From assembly GCA_049790315.1 (NCBI GenBank), contig JBAQYV010000056.1:537-64536 (forward strand): a stretch of DNA of 64,000 bases. Reading direction: 5' to 3'. Shown piece by piece: positions 21,096 through 28,727 of the stretch (position 1 is the stretch's first letter; every line of letters begins with the position of its first letter). This DNA comes from Candidatus Acidiferrales bacterium (GTDB taxonomy: Bacteria; Acidobacteriota; Terriglobia; Acidiferrales; UBA7541). The position numbers and the translations under genes are program-made. The notes under the pieces are model-generated. The model was not told where the DNA came from and made no database searches. It saw nothing but the letters and a program-made list of their open reading frames with translations.

Positions 21096-21926
21096 CTAAT
21101 TCGGGAACTGCTCGACCTTGATCACAATGTCGCCGTCGAAGCTCACGAACACCGTCTTGCCCGGCGGCGTGCCATAAATCCAGTCTTCAATCTCCGTGCC
21201 GTCAGCCTGCGTCTCGCGAACCTTGTGCTCCGGCTTGCCCATCGCCGCGATCACTTCGTCGCGCGTCATGCCGTAAACCGCTTTCTTGTCCGTGATCGCC
21301 TGCTGCACCTGTGGCGGCAGCGTAGTAACCCATTGCACCGCCGCGGAGCGCTGGCCGCCGAAATCCAGCATCGCCGAAAGATATTTCTTCAGGTCGTCGG
21401 GAGTCATGTCCGGCAGTGGCTTATCGAAATCCAGGTAGATGGTCGCGCCGGGCGTCGCCTGCAGCGAAGGCACATTAGGATCGCCCATCACCTGCCCCCC
21501 GCCGCCGACGTCCAGTTGCACGTGATCCTTCCAACTATTGCCCCTGTTTCCGCCACCATTGATGTACACAGCGATTTGCTTTTCGCGGAATTGCAGTTTT
21601 GTAATCTGAACTTTATCGCCCGGGTTGGCGGCCGCTTCGTGGCCCTGCAGCACCATCTGAAGTGTGTGCGTGTCCAGCGGCGCTCCCGCCTTCAAGTGGA
21701 AACCGCTCTTCCCCGTGGGCAGAGGAGCCACAGCTTTGGCGAATTCCCCGTCGACATAGCGCACCAGCGCCAGACGGGATTCTTCCTGCAATGTGTCGGA
21801 TTTCGGAGGGGTCTGATCTTCGGGGCCGCTGCCAGGCCCGGGAGCAGCGCGAAGCGGCAACGCCAGGGGCACAGTTCCCCCGATGAGGAAAATCGCCGAG
21901 GCCGCAATCCAGGTAAGGCGAGGCAT
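21096..21926 (-). CDS. Secreted hypothetical protein (C-terminal SmpA/OmlA/BamE-like motif, tentative)
   Basis: It has the signal peptide MPRLTWIAASAIFLIGGTVPLALPLRAAP. The C-terminus GMTRDEVIAAMGKPEHKVRE...EDWIYG...VFVSFDGDIVIKVE resembles the BamE-type fold motif. I recognise no other family. Confidence 0.65.
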   Translation of the reverse strand: MPRLTWIAASAIFLIGGTVPLALPLRAAPGPGSGPEDQTPPKSDTLQEESRLALVRYVDGEFAKAVAPLPTGKSGFHLKAGAPLDTHTLQMVLQGHEAAANPGDKVQITKLQFREKQIAVYINGGGNRGNSWKDHVQLDVGGGGQVMGDPNVPSLQATPGATIYLDFDKPLPDMTPDDLKKYLSAMLDFGGQRSAAVQWVTTLPPQVQQAITDKKAVYGMTRDEVIAAMGKPEHKVRETQADGTEIEDWIYGTPPGKTVFVSFDGDIVIKVEQFPN

Positions 21927-22133
21927 ACAGCACCTGCTGCTGGGATTCTACGCCGATTTGATGCCGCGTCCACAGAAAAGAAACGAATATTCGCTCAGGT
22001 CAGCCCGCCTGTCCCGCGACGGAACATCTTGCCAGCCTCCATTCCACGCCGCGTTTCCGCCTATGTTGGGTCGGAGGTCGCCTCCGCCCGTGTTCGTTTC
22101 GAGACACGCCATCATCTTTTTGGCCGCCGGCAA

Positions 22134-23174
22134 CTATGGCGTCGCCGACACCTGCACGCCTTGCCGGTCGATTCGCAACGGCATGAGTTGCGCGCCCGAT
22201 TTCGCCACGGCCGCTTCCACGCGCGCTCGCGCATCCGGCTCGATCAGCATCACCATGCAGCCGCCGCCGCCCGCGCCGCAAACTTTTCCCGCCAGCGCGC
22301 CTTCACGCCGCGCCGCGGCCAGCACGCGATCGATCGTCGCCGTCGAAATGGTCGGCAAATTGCAACGCCGGAATTCCCATTCCTCGCGCATCAACCGGCC
22401 CATTTCCTTCCACTCATTGCGCTCCAACGCCGCGCGCAATTCGCGCGCGACAGCCGCGATTTTTTCCAGATTTCGCACGATGCGCTTATCGCCATCGATA
22501 TGTTTCGCGAAAACTTCCCAATTATTGATTCCGTGTTGTCGCGGCTTGCCGGTGTAGCACAACACCAGTCGCCGCTCGAGTTCTTCGATGTCGCATCCGA
22601 GCGCCTCGCGCCGCTCGCCGCCCGGAGCCAGCACGATCGAGCTAACGCCGCCAAATGCCGCCGGATAATGATCCTGCGTTCCCGTCGGCACGCCGATCAC
22701 GATCGCCTCGGCATCGCGGCTGATGTGAATCCAATCCTCCAGTCGGCGGCCGGAGCCCGCCAGCCGATCGAGCGCCGCGCAAATCGCCACCGCCATGGCG
22801 CTCGATCCGCCCAGGCCCGCGCCCGACGGCACTTCCGAATTTGTAGTGAGCGTAAAGCCGACAGTAGGGCCGAAGAATCGCACGAGATGCGCCAGCAGCG
22901 GCAGCCGATAACGCCGCGCACGGCGCAACGCTTCAAGCGACGCGAACGATTCCCTTCGCCGCGTGTCCGTCGAGACGACAGCGATACCGCGTCGCCCTTC
23001 ACCTCGCGCGGTCCCGGTTCGTCCCTCGCCGCGCGTCTCGATCACGCAAGAAGCGTATCGCGCGATCGCGCAGTTCACAGTCAACGCGCCTTCGTGGAAC
23101 AGGTAGAGCGGCCAAATGTCGAGCGTGCCTCCCGCCAGATCCACTCGTGTGGGAGCACGGGCTTCAATTCTCAC
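22134..23174 (-). CDS. GHMP-family sugar kinase (HddA/fucokinase-like)
   Basis: It has RAPTRVDLAGGTLDIWP (motif I-like), EVPSGAGLGGSSAMAVA (motif II) and KVCGAGGGGCMVML (motif III). An Arg/Gly-rich insert ETRGEGRTGTARGEGRRG follows the first strand block. Confidence 0.8.
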   Translation of the reverse strand: MRIEARAPTRVDLAGGTLDIWPLYLFHEGALTVNCAIARYASCVIETRGEGRTGTARGEGRRGIAVVSTDTRRRESFASLEALRRARRYRLPLLAHLVRFFGPTVGFTLTTNSEVPSGAGLGGSSAMAVAICAALDRLAGSGRRLEDWIHISRDAEAIVIGVPTGTQDHYPAAFGGVSSIVLAPGGERREALGCDIEELERRLVLCYTGKPRQHGINNWEVFAKHIDGDKRIVRNLEKIAAVARELRAALERNEWKEMGRLMREEWEFRRCNLPTISTATIDRVLAAARREGALAGKVCGAGGGGCMVMLIEPDARARVEAAVAKSGAQLMPLRIDRQGVQVSATP

Positions 23175-23278
23175 TTTGACTCGCCCTCCTGCGTGAAGTT
23201 AGCCTCGTGCTGGCGCGATCGGCATCGCACGATTCGCGGCCCGGCACAACGAATGTTTGACGGAGCGGATGATAGCAG

Positions 23279-24394
23279 ATGAGCGCAATGCACAGACGCA
23301 AATCGGATTGGCCGCGCGAAGTGCTCGCGCGCTTCGTCGTTGGATTTGAAGGCGCGCGTGTCACCGGCGAACTCGCGTCGCTACTCGAAGGCGGACTCGC
23401 CGGCGTCGCCATCTTCCGCCGCAACTACCGCGGCGTCGATGAACTGCGTTCGCTCACCGCGGAAATTCGCCGCGCCGCCGGCAGGCCGGTACTAATTGGA
23501 ATGGATCAAGAAGGCGGACGTGCGCGCTTCGCGCTCGATGCTCCGTTTACGATTTGGCCGGGCGCGGCGGCGCTTGGCCAAATCGGTGATGCCGCGCTTG
23601 TCGAGGAAATCGCCACAGCTATGGCGCGGGAGCTGCGCGCCGCGGGAGCGAATCTTGATTTCGCTCCGATGCTGGATTTGCACATTCAGCCGGAAAGTCC
23701 GATCACACGCGAGCGCAGTTTCGGCGCGGACCCGGAAATTGTCGCGCGTCTCGGCCGCGCGTTCGTTTGCGGATTGCGCGCGGGCGGCGTGCTCGCGTGC
23801 GCGAAGCATTTTCCGGGGCATGGTGACACGCGGACCGATCCGCATCTCGATTTGCCGGCATTTTCGGGACCGCTCGAGCGGCTTGAAACAGTGGAGTTGA
23901 TTCCCTTCGCCGCGGCGATCGCTGATTCGGTCCCGCTGATCATGACGGCGCACATTCTGCTGCCGCAAATCGATTCCGAGCGGCCGGCTTCTCTTTCGCG
24001 CCGCGTTCTCACCGGGTTGTTGCGCGAACAAATGGGTTTTCGTGGCGCGATTATCGCCGACGATCTCGGCATGGGGGCAATTGCGAGAACTTTCAGCGCG
24101 GGCCAAGCGGCTGTCGAGACATTCGCCGCCGGCGCGGACCTTGCGATGTTGTGTCACGAAGAATCCGCTGTTGCACCGGCCATCGATGCCGTCGCGCGCG
24201 CGCTGGAGGCGGGACAGTTTGACGCCGCCGAATGGAAAGCGAGCCAGGCGCGCATCGAGCGCCTCGTCGCCGCCGGGGACTCGAACGGCGATGCACTCAC
24301 CGCCGTGGGCGGCGACCAAAATGTGATCGGCTGCGATGCGCACCACAAGTTGGCCGAAACTGCGCGCCGTAAAGCGAGCGAGATCCGAGAGTGA
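23279..24394 (+). CDS. nagZ: Beta-N-acetylhexosaminidase, GH3 (NagZ type)
   Basis: It has LIGMDQEGGR, NLDFAPMLD, KHFPGHGDTRTDPHLDLP and GFRGAIIADDLGMGAI, which are GH3 NagZ signature blocks. Confidence 0.85.
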   Translation: MSAMHRRKSDWPREVLARFVVGFEGARVTGELASLLEGGLAGVAIFRRNYRGVDELRSLTAEIRRAAGRPVLIGMDQEGGRARFALDAPFTIWPGAAALGQIGDAALVEEIATAMARELRAAGANLDFAPMLDLHIQPESPITRERSFGADPEIVARLGRAFVCGLRAGGVLACAKHFPGHGDTRTDPHLDLPAFSGPLERLETVELIPFAAAIADSVPLIMTAHILLPQIDSERPASLSRRVLTGLLREQMGFRGAIIADDLGMGAIARTFSAGQAAVETFAAGADLAMLCHEESAVAPAIDAVARALEAGQFDAAEWKASQARIERLVAAGDSNGDALTAVGGDQNVIGCDAHHKLAETARRKASEIRE

Positions 24395-24515
24395 GGAGGA
24401 TATGTTGTGCTGGCGTTCGAGGTCTGAGGCTAAAGAAAAGTTTGAGGCTAAAAAGATGACGGCGCGCGGAAGCCGGACGGAACGGGAAATTGTGGCGAGG
24501 GGCGAATCCGGGAGA

Positions 24516-25145
24516 TCAGTGAGTGCCGCCGGCGGCGCTTGCGGCGGCTTGCTTGCCGGCTTTTTCGGCTTCGACTTTTTCGTGCGCCAATTGCGGCTCA
24601 AAGCAGCGGCGGCAACGCGCTTCGTACATTCCGCCGGCGCCCACCACAATCAAATCGTCGGAGGCCACCAGGCGCTGCGTGTGCGCGGCGGGATTGCCGC
24701 AGCGCATGCAGATCGCAAGAAGCTTGGTGATTTCTTCGGCTTCGGCCAGCAGGCGCGGCATGGGGTCAAACGGACGGCCAAGGTAATCGGTGTCGAGTCC
24801 CGAAACAATTACTCGCTTGCCCGCGTCGGCAAGCTGATTGCAAACTTTGACGAGCGATTCGCCGAGGAATTGCGCTTCATCGATGCCGATCACTTCAGTT
24901 CGCGCTTCCACGCGCGCCAGCACGTCCGCCGCATCCTTCACGATTTCCGAACGAATGCCCAACCCCGAGTGAGAAACGATTTCGGTGACTGAATAGCGAT
25001 TATCGAGCTGCGGCTTGAAAATTTGCACGCGTTGCCGCGCGATCTCGGCGCGCTTCAATCGGCGGATCAGCTCTTCGCTCTTGCCCGAGAACATCGGGCC
25101 AACGATCACTTCGATCCATCCCATGTTGCCCGTCACGATGTCCAA
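24516..25145 (-). CDS. tdk: Thymidine kinase
   Basis: It has the P-loop [18 protein letters not shown], and the Zn ribbon CMRCG...ARCRRC. The TTG start at 25145 lies 5 nt after GGAGGA; an internal ATG at 25124 is an alternative. Confidence 0.9.
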   Translation of the reverse strand: MDIVTGNMGWIEVIVGPMFSGKSEELIRRLKRAEIARQRVQIFKPQLDNRYSVTEIVSHSGLGIRSEIVKDAADVLARVEARTEVIGIDEAQFLGESLVKVCNQLADAGKRVIVSGLDTDYLGRPFDPMPRLLAEAEEITKLLAICMRCGNPAAHTQRLVASDDLIVVGAGGMYEARCRRCFEPQLAHEKVEAEKAGKQAAASAAGGTH

Positions 25146-25268
25146 GCGAGTCCTCCGACCCCTGCGTGCGCCGCAGCCGCTAATCTAACACAGCATTCGC
25201 TGAACGCACATCCATACACCGCTCAACTCGTCGCTCGATCCGAACAACCGCTCACGCCGCAAGACAGA

Positions 25269-26153
25269 TCACGCCGAGCCATGATGCGCGCGAGCTTCCG
25301 CGGATGCGTACATGCCGGCATTGAAAAATGGCGCGAAGGCGTTGATCACGCCGATGCGGAACGAATCACGGCGCGTGATTAGTCCCGCGGTGAGCACGCC
25401 CCATGCGCCTTCGGCATCGCGCACGCCGATTTTCGCCGCGAACGCGTCGATCGCAACGCTCAGAGAAACGCCGCGATCGAGCACTTGGGCGGCGAGCGGT
25501 TCCGGCAACTCAATCGCGCCGGATTGGCCGAATGCACCGCGGCCGGAACCATCGGTGACGTATGCCCAACTCGAAAGAAACACCGCGCGCTGGACGATTG
25601 AGCCACCGCGCTCCACGCGGACCGGCGAAACGCCGCGATTCGCGCGAAGCGGTGAACTATCGCGTTCGGCGCGGAGCGGCTGCTCGAAAACATCGAGGCC
25701 GCCTTCGAGGCCGACAAAGTATTGCCACGGAAGTTTTTCTTCGCGCGCGATTTGCACCAACGCTTCAGCGCGATTGCGCGCGCCAGCCATCGATTCCGCG
25801 CGGCTCAACGGAGTTTCGCGCACGCCGGAAGGCACATCGATGCCGACGATTTCAAAACTCGCGGCGGGCGACACCAATTTCGATTCCAATTTAGATTTCG
25901 TTTCCGATTTCGAGTCTGCATTCGTTTCTGATTTCGATTCCGATTTCGATTCCGATTTCGATTCCGATTCTGATTCCAATTCCAATTTCGATTTCGCTTC
26001 CGATTTCGACTCTGCATTCGTTTCTGATCTCGATTCCGATTCCGATTCCGATTCCGATTTCGGCGCCAGGTTTGGCCAAAGAGCATCGAGCGCATCGCGC
26101 ACCGCGTCGAGTTTGGGCCGGCGTGCGCTGCCAACAGCAATTACGATCGGCAT
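25269..26153 (-). CDS. yjjX: Inosine/xanthosine triphosphatase-like NTPase (YjjX/DUF84 family) with low-complexity insertion
   Basis: This is Met-37 of track ORF 25269..26261. MPIVIAVGSARRPKLDAVRDAL..., VPSGVRETPLSRAESMAGARNRA, YFVGLEGGL and GAWGVLTAGLITRRDSF are collinear with E. coli YjjX as I remember it. A ~63-aa (SE/SK)n insert is not part of the family. Confidence 0.75.
   Translation of the reverse strand: MPIVIAVGSARRPKLDAVRDALDALWPNLAPKSESESESESRSETNAESKSEAKSKLELESESESKSESKSESKSETNADSKSETKSKLESKLVSPAASFEIVGIDVPSGVRETPLSRAESMAGARNRAEALVQIAREEKLPWQYFVGLEGGLDVFEQPLRAERDSSPLRANRGVSPVRVERGGSIVQRAVFLSSWAYVTDGSGRGAFGQSGAIELPEPLAAQVLDRGVSLSVAIDAFAAKIGVRDAEGAWGVLTAGLITRRDSFRIGVINAFAPFFNAGMYASAEARAHHGSA
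25875..26062 (-). repeat. Hexanucleotide microsatellite-like tract (GATTCC/GATTTC)n with a ~93-bp higher-order duplication, in frame inside the yjjX-like CDS
   Basis: Seen directly: TCCGATTTCGA(G/C)TCTGCATTCGTTTCTGAT(T/C)TCGATTCCGAT occurs at about 25903 and 25996, embedded in runs of GATTCC/GATTTC. It translates on the minus strand to KSESESESESRSETNAESKSEAKSKLELESESESKSESKSESKSETNADSKSETKSKLESKL. All three minus frames stay open across it. Confidence 0.9.
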
Positions 26154-26164
26154 GGCGATACCTT

Positions 26165-26662
26165 TCAATCTTTCCAAAGCGGAGCCTGCCTCTCGCGGCC
26201 ATACCGTTCGAGGAGAAATTTCTTGAGCGCGTCGATGGAATCGAAAACCTGGTCGGCGCACGCGAGCATCCAGCCGCTGATTTGCTCAGCGGGCAAATCG
26301 GTGACCAGGTAGACCGGGATGCCGCGCCGATACGCCAGCGTCAGTTCGGCCGACGTGCCACCGCCGGCGCTGGCGATCTCGCCCGCGGTGAGGTGGCAAA
26401 TCAAATAGTCGGCCTTGTTTTCGATTTGATCGAGATCGAAGCGAATGATTTTGCGGACGGCGCGGCGAAATCGCTCGACGTCGGAAGTTCTCCACTCGCG
26501 GAAATGCGCGGTTTCTTCGTCGGTCAGATTCTTCTTCTCATCCTCGGCGGGGTCGTAGACGCGATGGCCCAGGTCCTGGCTGAGGAACGGGGAAAGCTTG
26601 CGGCGCCACATCTTGCCGCCATCCGCGGAGAATTCGATGGGACCGCAAAGGTATGCGAGCAT
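26165..26662 (-). CDS. Nucleoside 2-deoxyribosyltransferase-like (SLOG/Rossmann-like) protein
   Basis: MLAYLCGPIEFS... at the N-terminus and ...SAGGGTSAELTLAYRRGIPVYLV match the GT.xE / N-terminal YL.GP pattern of NDT-like proteins (from memory). The stop is 11 nt before the yjjX-like start. Confidence 0.6.
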   Translation of the reverse strand: MLAYLCGPIEFSADGGKMWRRKLSPFLSQDLGHRVYDPAEDEKKNLTDEETAHFREWRTSDVERFRRAVRKIIRFDLDQIENKADYLICHLTAGEIASAGGGTSAELTLAYRRGIPVYLVTDLPAEQISGWMLACADQVFDSIDALKKFLLERYGRERQAPLWKD

Positions 26663-26704
26663 CGGCGTAAGCGACGGAATTAACTGTGTGCCGGACTCGA
26701 CGAA

Positions 26705-26778
26705 TGGAGCGGCCGAGGGGACTCGAACCCCCGCCTACAGCTTGGCAAGCTGTCGTACTACCCCTATACTACGGCCGC
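26705..26778 (-). tRNA. tRNA-Gly (anticodon GCC)
   Basis: The reverse complement reads GCGGCCGTAGTATAGGGGTAGTACGACAGCTTGCCAAGCTGTAGGCGGGGGTTCGAGTCCCCTCGGCCGCTCCA. Acceptor GCGGCCG/CGGCCGC; anticodon stem ACAGC/GCTGT with loop TTGCCAA; T-arm GGGGGTTCGAGTCCCCC; CCA encoded. Confidence 0.9.
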
Positions 26779-26907
26779 TCGGAACAGCCAATTTATAACA
26801 TGGGCGTACAGCGCGAACAAGATCGCGAGATGCGCCCAGCGGAAGCGCGCGGAAGGTTACGCACGCGAGAACTGCAACGAACTAATTTTCATTCCAAGCA
26901 GCGGACG

Positions 26908-27153
26908 TCAGTGAACTTGACGCACTCGCGCGGAACGCACGACCGGGGACTTCTTTTGGCGTGCCGCGAACCGGGTGGCGCGGCCGCGATCCGTGTAAAT
27001 GCGGGCAAACCTTTCACCATCGCGGTAAAAGACGGTAACCTGCCAGTGGCGGTGTTTGCGGCGCTGATCAGTGCCGAAGCTTGTTACTCTTTTCCGTTGG
27101 GTCTTCGTTCGTGAAGTCGCAGTGGCTTTGACCTTGACCGTTTTCTTCATCAA
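26908..27153 (-). CDS. Small basic hypothetical protein (81 aa)
   Basis: ATG ATG lies 8 nt after GGAG. Codon usage resembles neighbouring genes. Sequence: MMKKTVKVKATATSRTKTQRKRVTSFGTDQRRKHRHWQVTVFYRDGERFARIYTDRGRATRFAARQKKSPVVRSARVRQVH. No family recognised. Confidence 0.4.
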   Translation of the reverse strand: MMKKTVKVKATATSRTKTQRKRVTSFGTDQRRKHRHWQVTVFYRDGERFARIYTDRGRATRFAARQKKSPVVRSARVRQVH

Positions 27154-27788
27154 CAGGAACTCCGTCCGGGTTCTATGAAGGATAAATGCTTTCCAACACT
27201 ATCGCAGCCGAATAAGGGCCAGCGCAAGTATCGCGCATAACAGTGTTAGAAGTGGTATCTATTCGTACGGTGATAATAGCAGAGGCAGCGGATCGGTGAA
27301 GACGACAGTCGCGGCCGCGAGGTCCGGTCGTTGCCCGCACAGCTGCGAGGGCCAATGCGAGCCGTACCGAACCCCACCGTGCGCTCCGGGTTGTTGCGGC
27401 CGCGGTCGTCTGGTGAGACGTTAGCCCGTGGCGATGCGGAAAACCATTGCCCTGGCGGACAGAACTGGTACAGGCGGGGGGTACCGGCCGCGCACGGCCG
27501 GGCGCGAATCCGGCAACCGTTCTGGGGATCGGACATCTAATTAATCGATGCGGATCAGAAACAGAATTGCTACTGATGTGCTCAGGAACGCGTCAAAATA
27601 GAGATAAGGTGCACCGCGCACGCCCGCGTAGGACACCCTGGCGCCGCGACTGAGCGATAGGCCTCTACGGCGGGTGTGAATGAAACATTCCGAGCGTAGG
27701 TGCGTATAACGATAGGAAGGACAAACAGGGCTCAAGTTACCGGATCTACGAGCCCGAGCAATAAGGAGACGGGAAGGAACGAAAGTAA

Positions 27789-28091
27789 ATGAGCGAACAG
27801 ACCAAGCAGCCGCTGGACATCGAAAATCTGCGCAATTATCCCGCCGAAGTCGTTGACGAGCTACGTCGATTGCTCGCTTCGGACGCCCCGGCGCGTCCTG
27901 ATCCGCATCGTCCGGACTTTTACGAGATGGAAGGACCCACTCGGGTTTATTACGTTCACGTTTCGGCGGCCATCGGAAGCGTGCTTTTGCTGGGAATCTG
28001 GCCGCGGGATGGCGCCACGGGCGCAACGACAACATGCGAGAAAACCAAGACAGATAAAGCAGAAATAGAATCGGCGAGTTGGGTCTGCTAA
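27789..28091 (+). CDS. Hypothetical protein (100 aa)
   Basis: ATG follows GGAAGGAACGAAAGTAA. The sequence is protein-like (MSEQTKQPLDIENLRNYPAEVVDELRRLLASDAPARPDPHRPDFYEMEGPTRVYYVHVS...). No family recognised. Confidence 0.4.
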   Translation: MSEQTKQPLDIENLRNYPAEVVDELRRLLASDAPARPDPHRPDFYEMEGPTRVYYVHVSAAIGSVLLLGIWPRDGATGATTTCEKTKTDKAEIESASWVC

Positions 28092-28178
28092 AGCCTTCGC
28101 TTAGAGAGCGACGATTTTCCTGGCTGGTCGTAATTGTTAACCGCGCGACCAGCCAGGTACACATAAGAGGCGGGCTGG

Positions 28179-28619
28179 TTGATTTCGGAATCAGGCGCCA
28201 GTAAGATGGAAGCGAAATCATACGCAGTACGGTTATCGCCTTCGTCTCCGCGAATGGAAGTTTCCCCACAAGCCGAAACGCAAATTCTCAGAACCGAGCC
28301 GCGCGCACAGCTGCTTCTGCTGTTTCCAACGTTCCTCGTAGTCGTCTGCCTGCTCGGCCTGATGGCGATCGCGAAGGGCAGCTCTTTCGTGCCGCGGCCG
28401 AAGCATTCGCCGCAATACGCGGAAACGCTGACGAAGAAGCATGTGATGCACTCTCCCACCATGATCCTTCGGGAGCCGCTACCCTTGGTTGGCAGAAACG
28501 CTCCGATTCCGCTCGTAGCTTTTGTCGCGCGCATCGGACACATCCAGTTGCGTGTGTCGCCGGCCGCAGGCGTCAACGCTTCGATTCGCGACCGTTCTCC
28601 CCCGTCCTTCCTCTCGTAG
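28179..28619 (+). CDS. Hypothetical single-TM membrane protein (146 aa)
   Basis: The TTG start lies 8 nt after AAGAGG (28163-28168). It has one clear TM helix (LLLLFPTFLVVVCLLGLMAIA). I prefer it over the antisense ORF 28088..28729, which shares the same wobble positions but is Arg/Cys/Ser-rich. The call is weak. Confidence 0.3.
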   Translation: MISESGASKMEAKSYAVRLSPSSPRMEVSPQAETQILRTEPRAQLLLLFPTFLVVVCLLGLMAIAKGSSFVPRPKHSPQYAETLTKKHVMHSPTMILREPLPLVGRNAPIPLVAFVARIGHIQLRVSPAAGVNASIRDRSPPSFLS

Positions 28620-28727
28620 CGCGTTCCAGACCTAGAACGTTCTTTCGAATGCATCCAACCTGCTGGTGAAGTTTGACCAGCTCGGGCCTGTGGGACGTAG
28701 CATGCCCGCGTTCCCAACGAGGTTTCC

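Noticed and set aside
20778-23282. 834-aa plus-strand ORF spanning the repeat region, the 276-aa gene and the GHMP kinase gene.
   Set aside because: It is extremely Arg-rich nonsense-like sequence that is antisense to two well-supported genes. Only its first ~100 nt overlap the intergenic promoter-like region.
25805-26202. Separate small ORFs (111 aa and 103 aa, minus) and the 304-aa plus ORF over the hexamer tract.
   Set aside because: They are open only because a 6-nt periodic repeat lacks stops in several frames. The flanks of the YjjX-like frame match the family on both sides of the tract.
27290-27540. Known ncRNA classes (RNase P RNA, tmRNA, SRP/4.5S, 6S, cobalamin riboswitch) on either strand.
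   Set aside because: The hallmark strings I remember are absent. These are GAGGAAAGTCCGGGC and ACAGAACCCGGCTTA for RNase P, the tRNA-like GGTTCGA...CCA end for tmRNA, GGAAGCAGCC for SRP, and the AGGGAA plus GCCACTG B12 box. Only loose resemblances were seen (CCCCCGCCTGTA, GCCACGGG). I kept it only as an unclassified structured candidate in the findings.
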